DNA of 48,113 bases from an uncultured Edaphocola sp. (GCA_964277835.1 CAXYKQ010000069.1:1-48113), one strand, 5' to 3'. Shown: positions 28,546-38,871, numbered from the stretch's first letter. Notes: a model not told the origin generated them from the letters alone. Program-made: numbers and translations.

Positions 28546-28752
28546 CTAGAAATCCTGTGTAGCAACTTTATCTTTAATGGCTTGTAAAGCTTTTGCTTCA
28601 CCTAATATTGCGCTCATCTTATTTCCTTTTCCGTCATCACCTTTAGCAATATAACCACCTCTTGCAGTTTTTGAAATTACTGCATTGTGCATCGGCACAT
28701 TTTTCTCTTTTGTTTTTAAACAATAAGCGGTAATCATTTTTGAAGTATCCAT
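28546..28752 (-). CDS. Small basic protein, DUF5679-like
   Basis: AYCLKTKEK..M....I.KT..G...KG...GNKM pattern; own TACATTTG element at 28802-28809. Confidence 0.65.
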   Translation of the reverse strand: MDTSKMITAYCLKTKEKNVPMHNAVISKTARGGYIAKGDDGKGNKMSAILGEAKALQAIKDKVATQDF

Positions 28753-28873
28753 GCTATTCTTTTTTGATTTAAATGGTTATGTTTGATTAGATTATCTGTA
28801 GCAAATGTAAGTTATTTTAAGAATCGAGCCTATACTAAATCAGTAGCGGCAGTATTATTAACAAAAAGCAATA

Positions 28874-30121
28874 TTAACCCCAGAAATACCCCAATGCGAG
28901 TGCGGTGATTACCAATACAGGAGGGGGGATTTTGGTATACTTCAGGGAAAGATAGGTACAAATGATTACGAGGATACTGGGAACATCGATATTCCTGATC
29001 CAGGAAAAGCGGAACAGGTTTTCTTTGTTAATATGGAAGATCTCCATTGTAAACAGGACTCCCGAAGCCCATATAATACCGACAATCATAGCATTGATGC
29101 CCTCCAGCGCCCGGTAAATGATCACATGCTGTTTCAGGTTTTGATAAATAGGGTAGAAAAAGAGCAACAATAAGGTGCTGGGCAAAAAAACCGCCAGGAG
29201 CGCAATGGCGCCGCCGAATACCTGCGCCGAAGCGCCGAACTCATTCATAGACATTCCCCCTACATAAGCACATACGGAAAAAACAGGTCCGGGTATTGCC
29301 TGCACCATCCCAAATCCTGTCATGAGCTCTGTAGAGCTTAAAAAAGGGTCCTGTCCCATATTAAGCGGCCTGGATACAAACTGGAAGAGCATCATGGGCA
29401 ATAATGCCTGACCGCCGCCATACACCAGTGTTCCGAAGCGATAAAAGTTTTCACCCAGGTTAAACAGCCGCCGGTATTCCCATTGATTGATCCGTGCCAG
29501 TTCTGACAAAAGTCCCAGCAACAGGAAGACGGCAATAAACAACCTGATATTGATCCATTTTAGTTTTTTCCGTGGTTCTTTCTTTTCCGGTATGCGTTTA
29601 TTACTCAGGTTGGTCACAAATCCCGACAACACAAAAAGTATTGGTATGATCCAGGGGCTGTGAAAAATAATGGTCAGCAGGGCGCAAACGATCATAATGA
29701 TCTGCGTAGCCGGGTTGTTGACCGAAGATTTCATCATTTTGAGTGCGGCGTAAATCACGAAACCTATCGTCATCGGGTGGACATAGTGAAATAAGGTCGA
29801 CGCCACATTATTGACATTAATATAGCTTACCAGGAAAGAGAAGGCAAGCATGATAAGGCCGGCGGGTAAAACCCAGATCAGTAAAGTGATTATAGCCAGC
29901 AAAGGGCCTCCTCTTTTATAGCCGATCAGCATCACCGTTTGCGTGGAAGAAGGTCCCGGGAGCAGCTGGCTAAAGGCGTTTAATTCCAGTAATTCTTCTT
30001 CTGTGACATCTTTTCTCCTTTCTACAAATACTTTCAGCATCATGCCGAAATGCCCCTGCGGGCCGCCAAATGCAGTAAGGGTATACAGCAATACCGCCCT
30101 TAAAAAATCTATATGTCTCAA
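28874..30121 (-). CDS. chrA: Chromate-ion transporter (CHR family, long chain)
   Basis: AFGGPQGH, QLLPGPSSTQ, YGGG and QAIPGP motifs; two homologous halves. Confidence 0.9.
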   Translation of the reverse strand: MRHIDFLRAVLLYTLTAFGGPQGHFGMMLKVFVERRKDVTEEELLELNAFSQLLPGPSSTQTVMLIGYKRGGPLLAIITLLIWVLPAGLIMLAFSFLVSYINVNNVASTLFHYVHPMTIGFVIYAALKMMKSSVNNPATQIIMIVCALLTIIFHSPWIIPILFVLSGFVTNLSNKRIPEKKEPRKKLKWINIRLFIAVFLLLGLLSELARINQWEYRRLFNLGENFYRFGTLVYGGGQALLPMMLFQFVSRPLNMGQDPFLSSTELMTGFGMVQAIPGPVFSVCAYVGGMSMNEFGASAQVFGGAIALLAVFLPSTLLLLFFYPIYQNLKQHVIIYRALEGINAMIVGIIWASGVLFTMEIFHINKENLFRFSWIRNIDVPSILVIICTYLSLKYTKIPPPVLVITALALGYFWG

Positions 30122-30156
30122 TAGCTTAACCAGCGTGCCTATTTTTTCAGAAAATT

Positions 30157-30198
30157 AAAAAAAAGGCGAAACTAATAAAAGTTTCGCCGGTTTTTTTT
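30157..30198. terminator. Hairpin terminator after the outer-membrane barrel gene
   Basis: GGCGAAACT (30165-30173) / AGTTTCGCC (30180-30188), flanked by an A-run and a T-run. Confidence 0.7.
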
Positions 30199-30223
30199 AT
30201 TAATTTATTTTATATAAGAGGCA

Positions 30224-30946
30224 CTATAATCCACTGATCACGATTCCTGCAGAAAATGGTCTCACATCCGGGTTGGAACCAAGCGTCGTCCCGGAATTAT
30301 TAAAGATCGGGTTTAAGGTGTATTCTGCAAACAGCGAGAAATTGCCCCATCCGATTCTTGCGGTAGGGGTTAAACGCCAGCTTTGGTTGAACCTCCGGGT
30401 CTTGGTAACATCACTGATAAATTTACCGGATACCGGTACGCGCTCTTTGTAATGTGCCCCGCCAATACCGGCGAAGCCCACTTTCGCACCCAGTGCAAAT
30501 TTAAATCCTTTATTCCTGTTGTCTTTATTAGCAAAAAAACGAAGTTCCAAAGGTATTTCCAGGTATGTCATGCTAAACTTATTGCCTTTAATAGAACTGT
30601 CTACATCCTGGAAAACAATCCGGTCTGTACGGCTGTCCAGGACCATTCTTTCCTTGTTGAAATATACATTGCTGAAGCGGACACCGACACCCGCGCCAAA
30701 GCTGAAATGGGATTTCTTGATCGGGAAATCATACATAAGGTATAAGCCAAGACCCCTGCCTGTATTTTTCATGTTCACACTATCGGGTACATTAGCCCAT
30801 CGGTCATGTGACAACTGTATCATGACATGGTCACGGGAAGGTTTTGATACCACCTTTTTCTCCTCAGTACTGCTAGTTGTCGTTTGTGCCTGCACATTTA
30901 CCGCGGCTATAAAACTTAGGAATAAAATACCTAAAATATTTCTCAT
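30224..30946 (-). CDS. Outer-membrane beta-barrel ('porin family'/PorT-like) protein
   Basis: Signal peptide from ATG 30946, YLEIPLELRF motif, alternating beta-strands. Confidence 0.75.
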   Translation of the reverse strand: MRNILGILFLSFIAAVNVQAQTTTSSTEEKKVVSKPSRDHVMIQLSHDRWANVPDSVNMKNTGRGLGLYLMYDFPIKKSHFSFGAGVGVRFSNVYFNKERMVLDSRTDRIVFQDVDSSIKGNKFSMTYLEIPLELRFFANKDNRNKGFKFALGAKVGFAGIGGAHYKERVPVSGKFISDVTKTRRFNQSWRLTPTARIGWGNFSLFAEYTLNPIFNNSGTTLGSNPDVRPFSAGIVISGL

Positions 30947-30987
30947 ATTAATCTGGATAAAAACAAACTTCCTTGAATAAAAGTGCA

Positions 30988-31017
30988 CAAAGATAGCTTA
31001 TTAAATTGCTACTTTTG
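30988..31017. promoter_or_regulatory. Back-to-back divergent -7 promoter elements
   Basis: TATCTTTG (minus, 30988-30995) and TACTTTTG (plus, 31010-31017). Confidence 0.55.
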
Positions 31018-31058
31018 TGATTCATACTTTTTTTTGCTCAAAAAATCGCGCAACTTTT

Positions 31059-32078
31059 ATGCTGCAACTAAGCTATAAACGTAACAACTTTCCTTTTCAG
31101 TATTCCTTCAGCCTCGCAAAAGGGACCAAAACCCGGCAGGATTCCCTCCAGGTCTGTTTGGGATTGGCGGCTTTGAAAGGCTGGGGGGAGGCTACCGCTA
31201 TCAGCTATCATAATGTGACGGTGGAAGGAATGATTGAAGTGCTGGAGCAGAGAAAGATGATGATTGAGCGCTATACTTTTATAGAACCGGAACGTTTCTG
31301 GCATTTCCTGCATCATTTAATTCCCTCAGAGAAATTCCTGACTTCTGCCCTGGATATCGCCGGCTGGGACCTGTTTGGCAAAATGAAGCGGCAACCCATC
31401 TACGAGCTTCTGGGCCTGGAATGGAAAAACATACCATTGACTGACTACACATTAGGGATTGCAGAACCGCGCCAGATAAAGGAAAGAATAAAGGCGCACC
31501 CATTCCCGGTTTACAAGATGAAGATGGGCAGTGCTAAGGACCTGGAAGCGCTTAAGGCTGCCCGGCAGGTAACTAATGCCCCTATCCGGCTGGATGCCAA
31601 TGAAGGCTGGACACTTGAAGATGCAAGGATATTGTTGCCTGAATTGGAAACGCTAAATATTGAACTTATCGAGCAGCCGTTACACCGGGAGGATACTGCC
31701 GGTATGCAAGCCTTGCGCGGGCTGACAAAAATACCTCTTATTGCAGATGAGGCCTGCCAGGGCGAAAAAGACCTGGAACAGATCGCCGCATTGTATGACG
31801 GCATTAATGTCAAACTGTCTAAATGCTCGGGTATCACCCCGGCCTTTTCGCTGATCAGGGCGGCACGTGCCCGTCAATTGAAAATAATGCTGGGCTGCAT
31901 GAGCGAAGGTATAGTGGGCTGCACGGCCATAGCTCATCTGTTGCCCCTGGCCGACTATGCTGATATCGACGGCCCTTTGATCCTGAAAGATGAAACCTTT
32001 AATGGCTGGCAGGTACAAGACGGCTATATTACGGCGCCACAAGGTCCCGGTCTCGGAATTCAGGCAGCAGGATCATAA
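31059..32078 (+). CDS. Dipeptide (L-Ala-D/L-Glu) epimerase, enolase superfamily
   Basis: GWGEA, KMKMG, DANEGW, EQP, ADE, NVKLSKCSG, GCM.E and DIDG motifs. Start at ATG 31059. Confidence 0.88.
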   Translation: MLQLSYKRNNFPFQYSFSLAKGTKTRQDSLQVCLGLAALKGWGEATAISYHNVTVEGMIEVLEQRKMMIERYTFIEPERFWHFLHHLIPSEKFLTSALDIAGWDLFGKMKRQPIYELLGLEWKNIPLTDYTLGIAEPRQIKERIKAHPFPVYKMKMGSAKDLEALKAARQVTNAPIRLDANEGWTLEDARILLPELETLNIELIEQPLHREDTAGMQALRGLTKIPLIADEACQGEKDLEQIAALYDGINVKLSKCSGITPAFSLIRAARARQLKIMLGCMSEGIVGCTAIAHLLPLADYADIDGPLILKDETFNGWQVQDGYITAPQGPGLGIQAAGS

Positions 32079-32094
32079 AGAATCCGTTTATTTT

Positions 32095-33714
32095 TTAAGG
32101 GGTAATTTTTACTCGCTTCAGGTGAAAGAGGTTCAGTGGGTTTTGCTCGAAACCGCTCACGTTGTTTTGGGTGAAATGCATCATCTCGTCATAGAAAAGA
32201 GGTACTACAGGCGCATTTTCACTGATAATACTATCCATCTTTGCATACATGGTATAACGCAAAGCGTCATTATCGGTTTGCAGGCTTTGCCGGTATAGCT
32301 GGTCAAACGCCTTATTGTTGAACCTTGTGTAATTGGGCGGGGCAGGGTATTTACTGTAGAAGAAAGCCAGGTAGGTTTCTGCATCCGGGTAGTCAGCGAT
32401 CCATTGACCTTTAAAAAACGCGGTCTGGCTCCTGCTCATTTCCTGTCGCAGGATGCCGGGTTGCATGACTTGTACCCGCGTAGAGATACCCACATCGTTA
32501 AGCTGGCTGGCCACGAAATTGCAGACATCTACATTTACTTCCGGGCATTGTAATATAATGGCCGGCAAACCTTTCCCGTCAGGAAAACCGGCTTCTGCCA
32601 ACAATTTCAAAGCTTTTTGAGGACTGTATTCGTATGGCGTAGCTATGCGGTGTTCTGTGCCGGGCATTCCCTTAGGTATAAACCCGTTCGTAGCGGGTAC
32701 CCCGACGCCGTTCCTGAAATAAGTCACGATTTTTTGCCGGTCGATGGCATAATTTATCGCTTGCCTTACTTTTTTGAATTTTAAGCTGCTGTTGTTAACC
32801 AAGGGATTGGTTGTGTCCATCAGTATACCCAGGTATTCCGTATTCAGGTATACCAGCTTTTGCAGCCGGATCTTACCCGCGAAATCAGGTTTTAACTGCG
32901 CCTTTTTGGTAAGGACCAGGTCTTTGAAAGAGCCGTCCAGGCCATTGATGAAGTGAAGCTGCCCCTGCATGAACAGCAGGAACTCCGTTGCTTTTGTATC
33001 ATTAAAGCTTACCTGTACGGCATCCAGGTATGGCAGGCGGTTACCCGCAGCATCTACTTCCCAATAGTTAGGATTTTTATGGAATACCATCGTATTACTC
33101 TCATCCCAGTAGTCAAACTGGAAAGCACCGGTACCGCAGGGGTGATTGCGGAAATCTTTACCCCATTTTTGCACCACCTCTTCCGGTACGATAGCGCAAT
33201 AAGGCATGCTAAGCATTTCCGGTAGCGGGCGGAAAGGTTCGGCTAAATGAATAACAAAAGTGGTATCATTGATGGCCTCAAAAGGGCGGTCTTTACGTAC
33301 CCGGTCGTTAAAGATCCAGGCGCCGGAAGAAGCGGTTGCCGGGTCGATCAGGCGGTCAAAGCTATATTGAACATCCCGGGCGGTCATCCTGCGGCCTTTC
33401 CCGCCCGGGAATGCCGGGTTGTTATGAAAATAAACATTATGCTCCAGGTGAAAAGTATATCGCAGGCCATCTGCAGACACTTCCCACCTTCGGGCCAGGG
33501 AAGGCACCACTTCTAAATTTTGATCGACTTCCGTTAGCGTATTGTAAAGCAGGTGTACATTCCACATGATACTCAGGTTCTTGGCAAACGCCGGATCCAG
33601 GGTTTCCAGTCCCCCGGAAATATTATAACGGAATACCATTTGCTTGTTTTCTCTCTTATGCCCGCAGGATAAAAGGAAGGCCATACAAAGGAGCAGCAAT
33701 AACGATCTCTTCAT
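32095..33714 (-). CDS. ABC-type substrate-binding lipoprotein, family 5 (peptide/nickel)
   Basis: Lipobox LLSC, LDPA, GTGAF, VRQAINYAIDR, WIADYPD. Confidence 0.9.
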   Translation of the reverse strand: MKRSLLLLLCMAFLLSCGHKRENKQMVFRYNISGGLETLDPAFAKNLSIMWNVHLLYNTLTEVDQNLEVVPSLARRWEVSADGLRYTFHLEHNVYFHNNPAFPGGKGRRMTARDVQYSFDRLIDPATASSGAWIFNDRVRKDRPFEAINDTTFVIHLAEPFRPLPEMLSMPYCAIVPEEVVQKWGKDFRNHPCGTGAFQFDYWDESNTMVFHKNPNYWEVDAAGNRLPYLDAVQVSFNDTKATEFLLFMQGQLHFINGLDGSFKDLVLTKKAQLKPDFAGKIRLQKLVYLNTEYLGILMDTTNPLVNNSSLKFKKVRQAINYAIDRQKIVTYFRNGVGVPATNGFIPKGMPGTEHRIATPYEYSPQKALKLLAEAGFPDGKGLPAIILQCPEVNVDVCNFVASQLNDVGISTRVQVMQPGILRQEMSRSQTAFFKGQWIADYPDAETYLAFFYSKYPAPPNYTRFNNKAFDQLYRQSLQTDNDALRYTMYAKMDSIISENAPVVPLFYDEMMHFTQNNVSGFEQNPLNLFHLKRVKITP

Positions 33715-33722
33715 GCTTCTTT

Positions 33723-34661
33723 TTATTGCCGGTTTAAGGTGAAGTTACTCAATACTTTATTGCCTGCTTTTCTTTGCCCGGCTACTGTTCCGGGGTAAAT
33801 ATTTAAGGTGAGGCGCTCCGCCTTATCAGGAATTTCCAGGCGGTTGTTTTTAAAAAAGCCTGCGAAAGAAAGCGATTGACCGCTTCGGGTAAAGTACAGA
33901 GTGCCGCCAAGGGATTTTTCAAACGGAGCGTCCAGTTGCAGGAATACTTCCTCGTGGTCGATCATCCCCCGGTAGAGGCCGGCCACTCCGGAAGAAGCTG
34001 ACTTTTTTAATCGAGGTTTTTTGGTGATACCCATGATAACCGCTCCATAATCACTCAGGTATTGGCCTACCGAAGCCAGGGGGAATGCTATTTTTTCGGG
34101 TGCCGCATTTACAGTGCCGGCACTATCTGTATTGAAACAATGTGCCGGAAAAATGATCAGGGAATCGGGAGTAAGCAGGAATTCCTGGATATCGGATTTC
34201 ATACATTTTTCCTGGCCTTCGGGAATAACCGGGAAGCGCGGATCAGCTGCGTGTTGCTGCCTTACCCGGACTACCTGCCGCTTGATGTAAGCTAGTCCGT
34301 TTACGCTAAATATATCCTGCAAGCTGATGAGCGAACCGGTAGCGGCATTAAACAAAAAGTGTTTGGCACGGCCGTTGTCGGGCTGGCAGCTTACAGAAAG
34401 TGCTCTTTGGTTGTTGACAGGTGTGGTAAAGGTCCAGCTCCTGATGGCGCTGTCGGTCCCTGCATCGGTCAGGGTTTTTACAGTGGCGAGTTGTAAATAG
34501 GTATTAATATTTTTTACGGCTTTTTGAGCCCGTTTATTATAAAATGCAGGAAAACTGCCTTGTGGTCCTGCAGATCGCTGCTCCTTAAAATAATTCCTAT
34601 TTTGCGCAATTGCGGGTAGGATCCATATCAATGAGACCAAAAATAATAATCCTTTCTTCAT
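33723..34661 (-). CDS. Secreted hypothetical protein with RsiV/DUF3298-like features
   Basis: Signal peptide; KNINTYL...LSV...FNAATGSLISLQDIF...FLLTPDSLIIF...IAFP pattern. Family call is by eye. Confidence 0.5.
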   Translation of the reverse strand: MKKGLLFLVSLIWILPAIAQNRNYFKEQRSAGPQGSFPAFYNKRAQKAVKNINTYLQLATVKTLTDAGTDSAIRSWTFTTPVNNQRALSVSCQPDNGRAKHFLFNAATGSLISLQDIFSVNGLAYIKRQVVRVRQQHAADPRFPVIPEGQEKCMKSDIQEFLLTPDSLIIFPAHCFNTDSAGTVNAAPEKIAFPLASVGQYLSDYGAVIMGITKKPRLKKSASSGVAGLYRGMIDHEEVFLQLDAPFEKSLGGTLYFTRSGQSLSFAGFFKNNRLEIPDKAERLTLNIYPGTVAGQRKAGNKVLSNFTLNRQ

Positions 34662-34832
34662 GAGTTTAACAGATAAGTTGATAATAAGCGCTGAGCGCTT
34701 TCAGGTGTCGGCGGTTAAAATTACAACAATTCCCGGGCAAATGACGAAAGGCTTTACTGCGTTAAGAATTTATAAAATAAGGACGTGAGTCAGGTAAATG
34801 TTGTAGGTAATCCTTATTTTTAAACGTATTAA

Positions 34833-34874
34833 TGTCAGTAAAACTGACAAAATATTACTGGCAGGCCTTTTGCA
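34833..34874 (+). promoter_or_regulatory. Sigma54-type promoter with adjacent palindrome
   Basis: TGGCAGGCCTTTTGCA (GG 34860-61, GC 34872-73, 10-nt spacing); TGTCAGT-AAA-ACTGACA at 34833-34849. Confidence 0.6.
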
Positions 34875-34911
34875 GCATAAAATATATAGTAAACAATAAA
34901 AACAAAAGATC

Positions 34912-35610
34912 ATGGGATTAATGGGTTATTATGTGATTGCCGGGCTTATGTTCCTGGTGGGCATGTATGTAAGCAACCGGTTGAAAAGCAAATTTGAAGA
35001 ATACAGTGGGGTTCCTTTACGTTCCGGCATGACCGGGAGAGAGGTTGCGGAAAAGATGTTGCGGGATAATGGAATTTACGATGTTAAAGTAATTTCTACG
35101 CCCGGTCGGCTTACGGACCACTACAACCCGGCAGACAAAACGGTGAATTTAAGTGACGATGTGTACGCAACCGACAGCGTCGCGGCAGCTGCGGTAGCGG
35201 CCCATGAATGTGGGCATGCGGTGCAGCACGCCCGTTCCTACAGCATGCTGCAGTTCCGGAGCAAAATGGTGCCGCTGGTAAATATCAGCAGCCGTTTTTC
35301 GCAGATCATCATATTATTGGGTCTGGGGATGCTCGCAGGCAGGGCTAATCCTACAATACTTTTGATCGGTATTGCTTTGTTCGCCATCACCACTATTTTT
35401 ACCATTGTCACGCTACCGGTAGAATATGACGCAAGTAACCGCGCCTTAAAATGGTTGGAAAGCACGGGTATTACTTCCGGGCGGGAGCATGAACAGGCTG
35501 CCGATGCTTTAAAATGGGCGGCAAGAACTTACGTGGTTGCGGCAGTAAGCTCTATTGCAACCTTGCTTTACTACCTTTTAATTTTCTTCAATTCAAGGTC
35601 CAGGGATTAA
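34912..35610 (+). CDS. YugP-family membrane zinc metallopeptidase
   Basis: LTDHYNP, VAAHECGHAVQH, TLPVEYDAS.RA, AARTYV. Confidence 0.92.
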   Translation: MGLMGYYVIAGLMFLVGMYVSNRLKSKFEEYSGVPLRSGMTGREVAEKMLRDNGIYDVKVISTPGRLTDHYNPADKTVNLSDDVYATDSVAAAAVAAHECGHAVQHARSYSMLQFRSKMVPLVNISSRFSQIIILLGLGMLAGRANPTILLIGIALFAITTIFTIVTLPVEYDASNRALKWLESTGITSGREHEQAADALKWAARTYVVAAVSSIATLLYYLLIFFNSRSRD

Positions 35611-35635
35611 TAGAGCCACTGCGGCACTGGAGGAG

Positions 35636-35677
35636 AAGGACTGTTGTGGCATTATCCCACAACAGTCCTTTCTTTTT
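35636..35677 (+). terminator. Terminator after the YugP-type gene
   Basis: AAGGACTGTTGTGG / CCACAACAGTCCTT 14-bp stem plus T-run. Confidence 0.8.
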
Positions 35678-35787
35678 ACAAAACATTCACTTTAATAAAG
35701 TAAATACAAAACCTATATACTTATCTTTGTTGGTTTTAGTATGACCTTGCGGCATATTACTATTTTTGAATTAACTAACCATAAGTA

Positions 35788-38700
35788 ATGCAAATTCCGT
35801 TGAAACATTTTGTACAAAAAACGGTGTTGCCCCTGAGCGCACTTTTTTGCAGTATTGCGGGCTTTGGGCAAACCACAGCTATCAATAAAAACCCACAGGC
35901 CATGCTGAAACATGGAATAGAGCAATACCAAAACGGTCATTATAATTTAGCCAACCACACGCTTACCGAATTCCTGGAGTATAATAAGAATACAGCACAG
36001 AAATCGGAAGATAACCTGCCCTACGCCGACCGCGCCCAGGCATTATATTACAAAATGCTTTCCGGGGTCAAATTAAGAGACCACCGTTTAATCGTTGAGG
36101 CCACGAATTATGTAGCGACAGAAGTCAATGTGCACAACCAGCAAAGAGTAGCTTATGAACTGGCAAAATACTACCTGGAAGACAATCGCGACCTGAATGC
36201 AGCCATCCGGTATTATGAAATGGCGGGTGTCTCCAATCTTACCAATGCAGAAATCGCTGATGCTAAATTTGAATTAGGCTATGCCTATTTTATCACCCAG
36301 CAATTTGACAAAGCACGCAATTTATTTGTAGGCATCAAAGATATAGAATCCAATAAGTACTACCTGCCGGCAAATTATTATTATGGTTTGCTGAGCTATA
36401 AAGAAGGTCGTCTGGATGATGCCCTTGCCAGCTTTAAAAGGGTAAGAAATGCTGAAGAGTATAAAGATATTATTCCGTACTACGAGGCGGAGATTTACTA
36501 TTTCAAGAAAGAATACGATAAGGTTTTAAGCCATTCTCAAAAATACCTCAAACAAAAAGGTACAGTTTTCTATGATAAAGAAATGCGTTTATTGACCGGG
36601 CAGACCTTGTTCGAGTTAAAGCGCTACCAGGAGGCTTTACCTTACCTCGAAGACTACTATGAAAATTCAGACCGCATCCGCAAAGAGGAACTTTACGAAC
36701 TAGCCTATACTTACTATCAATTGAACCGCTACAGCGATGCGATCGATAAATTCCAGCCTTTAAGCAATACAGACGATGCGATCGGGCAAACGTCCATGTA
36801 TCTATTGGGTGATTGTTACCTGAAAACAGGAGATAAAAAAGGCGCGCGTAATGCCTTCAGCCTGGCCTCAGAAATGAACTACAATGAAAGTCAGAAAGAG
36901 GCGGCGACCTTTTTATACAATAAACTTTCTTACGAATTGGGCTTTGACCAGTTAGCCGTCAGGGGGTTTAAAGATTATATCACGAACTATCCCAAGGCAG
37001 CAAGCAACGCCGAAGCGCGCAATTTATTGTCCAGCCTGTTATTGAAATCCAACAACTATGCGGAAGCCTATGACCTGTTGAGCAACCAGGCTAATAAAGA
37101 TGCCAATGCCTGGGCGACTTTCCAAAAGGCGGCAGTGGGCAGGGGCTTACAATTATTACAGGATAAGGACTACGAGGGTGCGGAGCAATATCTGAACGCA
37201 TCTTTGGAAAATCCCGTCAACCCTTCATTAGAAGCCGTGGCCTATTTCTGGAAAGGCGAGATCGCTTACAAACAGGAGCGTTATACCGATGCCGTAGACC
37301 ATACGAAAACATTCCTGTCGAAAGCAAAAGGATACGAGGAAGCCATCAAGAAAATAAGTAGCAAAGCCACCGTGCAAAATGGCAATGTCAACCTGGGTTA
37401 TGCCAGCATGAAAGCGAATAACTACGCGGATGCGGCTACTGCATTTTCCAATGCACAAAGTACTGCTGCTGAAAATAAAGAGTTAAGTAAAGAAGCGGTA
37501 TTCCGCCAGGCTGATGCGGCATTTATGCAAAAAGACTTTGATGCTGCATTGAAGCTTTATGACCGCGCTATCGCGGGCAACTCCGGGGATGTAGATTATG
37601 CACGCTATCAAAAAGCCCTGATATTGGGACTGCAGAACAAAAGTGCGGAGAAAGTCGAGCTATTAAAAACCGTGGTGCAAAAAGGGAATGCTAAAATAAA
37701 AGACGAAGCAAGCCTGGAGCTGGCTATGGAATACATTAACCTGGACAGGCATAGCGAGGCCATCCCCTTATTGAAAAAGCTGGATCAGTCCCAGACTAAT
37801 ATAGCCATCAGGTCGAGGGCGGCCTATTTGCTGGCTTATGCTTACCAGGACAATGCCCAGAATGACCTGGCAATAGGGGCTTATAAAAATTATATTACCC
37901 AATACCCTGCAGGTGCAGACCGCAACACGGCACTTAAAGCCTTGAGCACCCTATACAACAATAAGCCGGAAGAGTACGAACAATTCCTGAAGCAGGAAAG
38001 CATTACTGATGTGAGCAGTACCGATGTTGAATCGGTATTTTACGATGCTGCCGATAATGATTTCGGAAATGCACAATATCAAAAAGCGGCAGACGGGTTT
38101 AAAAAATACCTGGATAAGTACCCACAGGGCACTTTTAAAGTACAGGCCAATTACTTCCTGGGAGAAAGCTATTTCCAGTTGAAAGATATGGCTAAAGCGA
38201 AAACCGCTTTTACCGAGGTGTTAAATAATAAATGGAACGATTATTCTGAGGCCTCGGCCAGCAGGATGGGCGCAATTTATTTATCCGAGAAAAACTACAC
38301 GGCGGCAAAGACTACCTACAACCAATTACTGGAAAATAATGCAGCCGAAAATCCCGCCGGCATCTATGAAGGCATGATGAAAGTGGCTTTTGAAGAAGGA
38401 GATTATGAAGGCACGCGCACCTGGGCGGATATGCTCCTGGCAGTGGGCGATGCGGCAGAAGACGCGAAAAGAAATGCCAGGTTATATAAAGGGAGATCCC
38501 TGCAGATAGAGGGTAAGTATGAAGATGCTAAAGCGATCTACCAGCAGTTAGACAAAGACAATGTGGGTAATGTGAGCGCCGAAGCGCGCTACCAGATCGC
38601 CAGCATATTATTTGCACAAAAACGCAATGAGGCAGCGGAAAAAGCAGCCAGCTACGCGGCGCAGGCTTCCAATAACAATGCGTATTGGGCAGTTAAAAAC

Positions 38701-38871
38701 TACCTTTTACTGGCAGATATCCTTGCCGATAACAAAGATTACTTTAATGCAAAAGCCACCCTGCAAAGTGTGATTAAAAATGCATCCGATAAAGACCTGG
38801 TGAATGAAGCCAAGCAAAAGCTGGAAGCGGTAAAAGCTAAAGAAGCCGGCAAAAGCAAATTGTCTAACTAG
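35788..38871 (+). CDS. Large periplasmic tetratricopeptide-repeat protein
   Basis: Signal peptide; near-continuous TPR motifs (FELGYAYF, YLLGDCYL, YFWKGE, YFLGESYF); TATCTTTG upstream at 35722-35729. Confidence 0.9.
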   Translation: MQIPLKHFVQKTVLPLSALFCSIAGFGQTTAINKNPQAMLKHGIEQYQNGHYNLANHTLTEFLEYNKNTAQKSEDNLPYADRAQALYYKMLSGVKLRDHRLIVEATNYVATEVNVHNQQRVAYELAKYYLEDNRDLNAAIRYYEMAGVSNLTNAEIADAKFELGYAYFITQQFDKARNLFVGIKDIESNKYYLPANYYYGLLSYKEGRLDDALASFKRVRNAEEYKDIIPYYEAEIYYFKKEYDKVLSHSQKYLKQKGTVFYDKEMRLLTGQTLFELKRYQEALPYLEDYYENSDRIRKEELYELAYTYYQLNRYSDAIDKFQPLSNTDDAIGQTSMYLLGDCYLKTGDKKGARNAFSLASEMNYNESQKEAATFLYNKLSYELGFDQLAVRGFKDYITNYPKAASNAEARNLLSSLLLKSNNYAEAYDLLSNQANKDANAWATFQKAAVGRGLQLLQDKDYEGAEQYLNASLENPVNPSLEAVAYFWKGEIAYKQERYTDAVDHTKTFLSKAKGYEEAIKKISSKATVQNGNVNLGYASMKANNYADAATAFSNAQSTAAENKELSKEAVFRQADAAFMQKDFDAALKLYDRAIAGNSGDVDYARYQKALILGLQNKSAEKVELLKTVVQKGNAKIKDEASLELAMEYINLDRHSEAIPLLKKLDQSQTNIAIRSRAAYLLAYAYQDNAQNDLAIGAYKNYITQYPAGADRNTALKALSTLYNNKPEEYEQFLKQESITDVSSTDVESVFYDAADNDFGNAQYQKAADGFKKYLDKYPQGTFKVQANYFLGESYFQLKDMAKAKTAFTEVLNNKWNDYSEASASRMGAIYLSEKNYTAAKTTYNQLLENNAAENPAGIYEGMMKVAFEEGDYEGTRTWADMLLAVGDAAEDAKRNARLYKGRSLQIEGKYEDAKAIYQQLDKDNVGNVSAEARYQIASILFAQKRNEAAEKAASYAAQASNNNAYWAVKNYLLLADILADNKDYFNAKATLQSVIKNASDKDLVNEAKQKLEAVKAKEAGKSKLSN

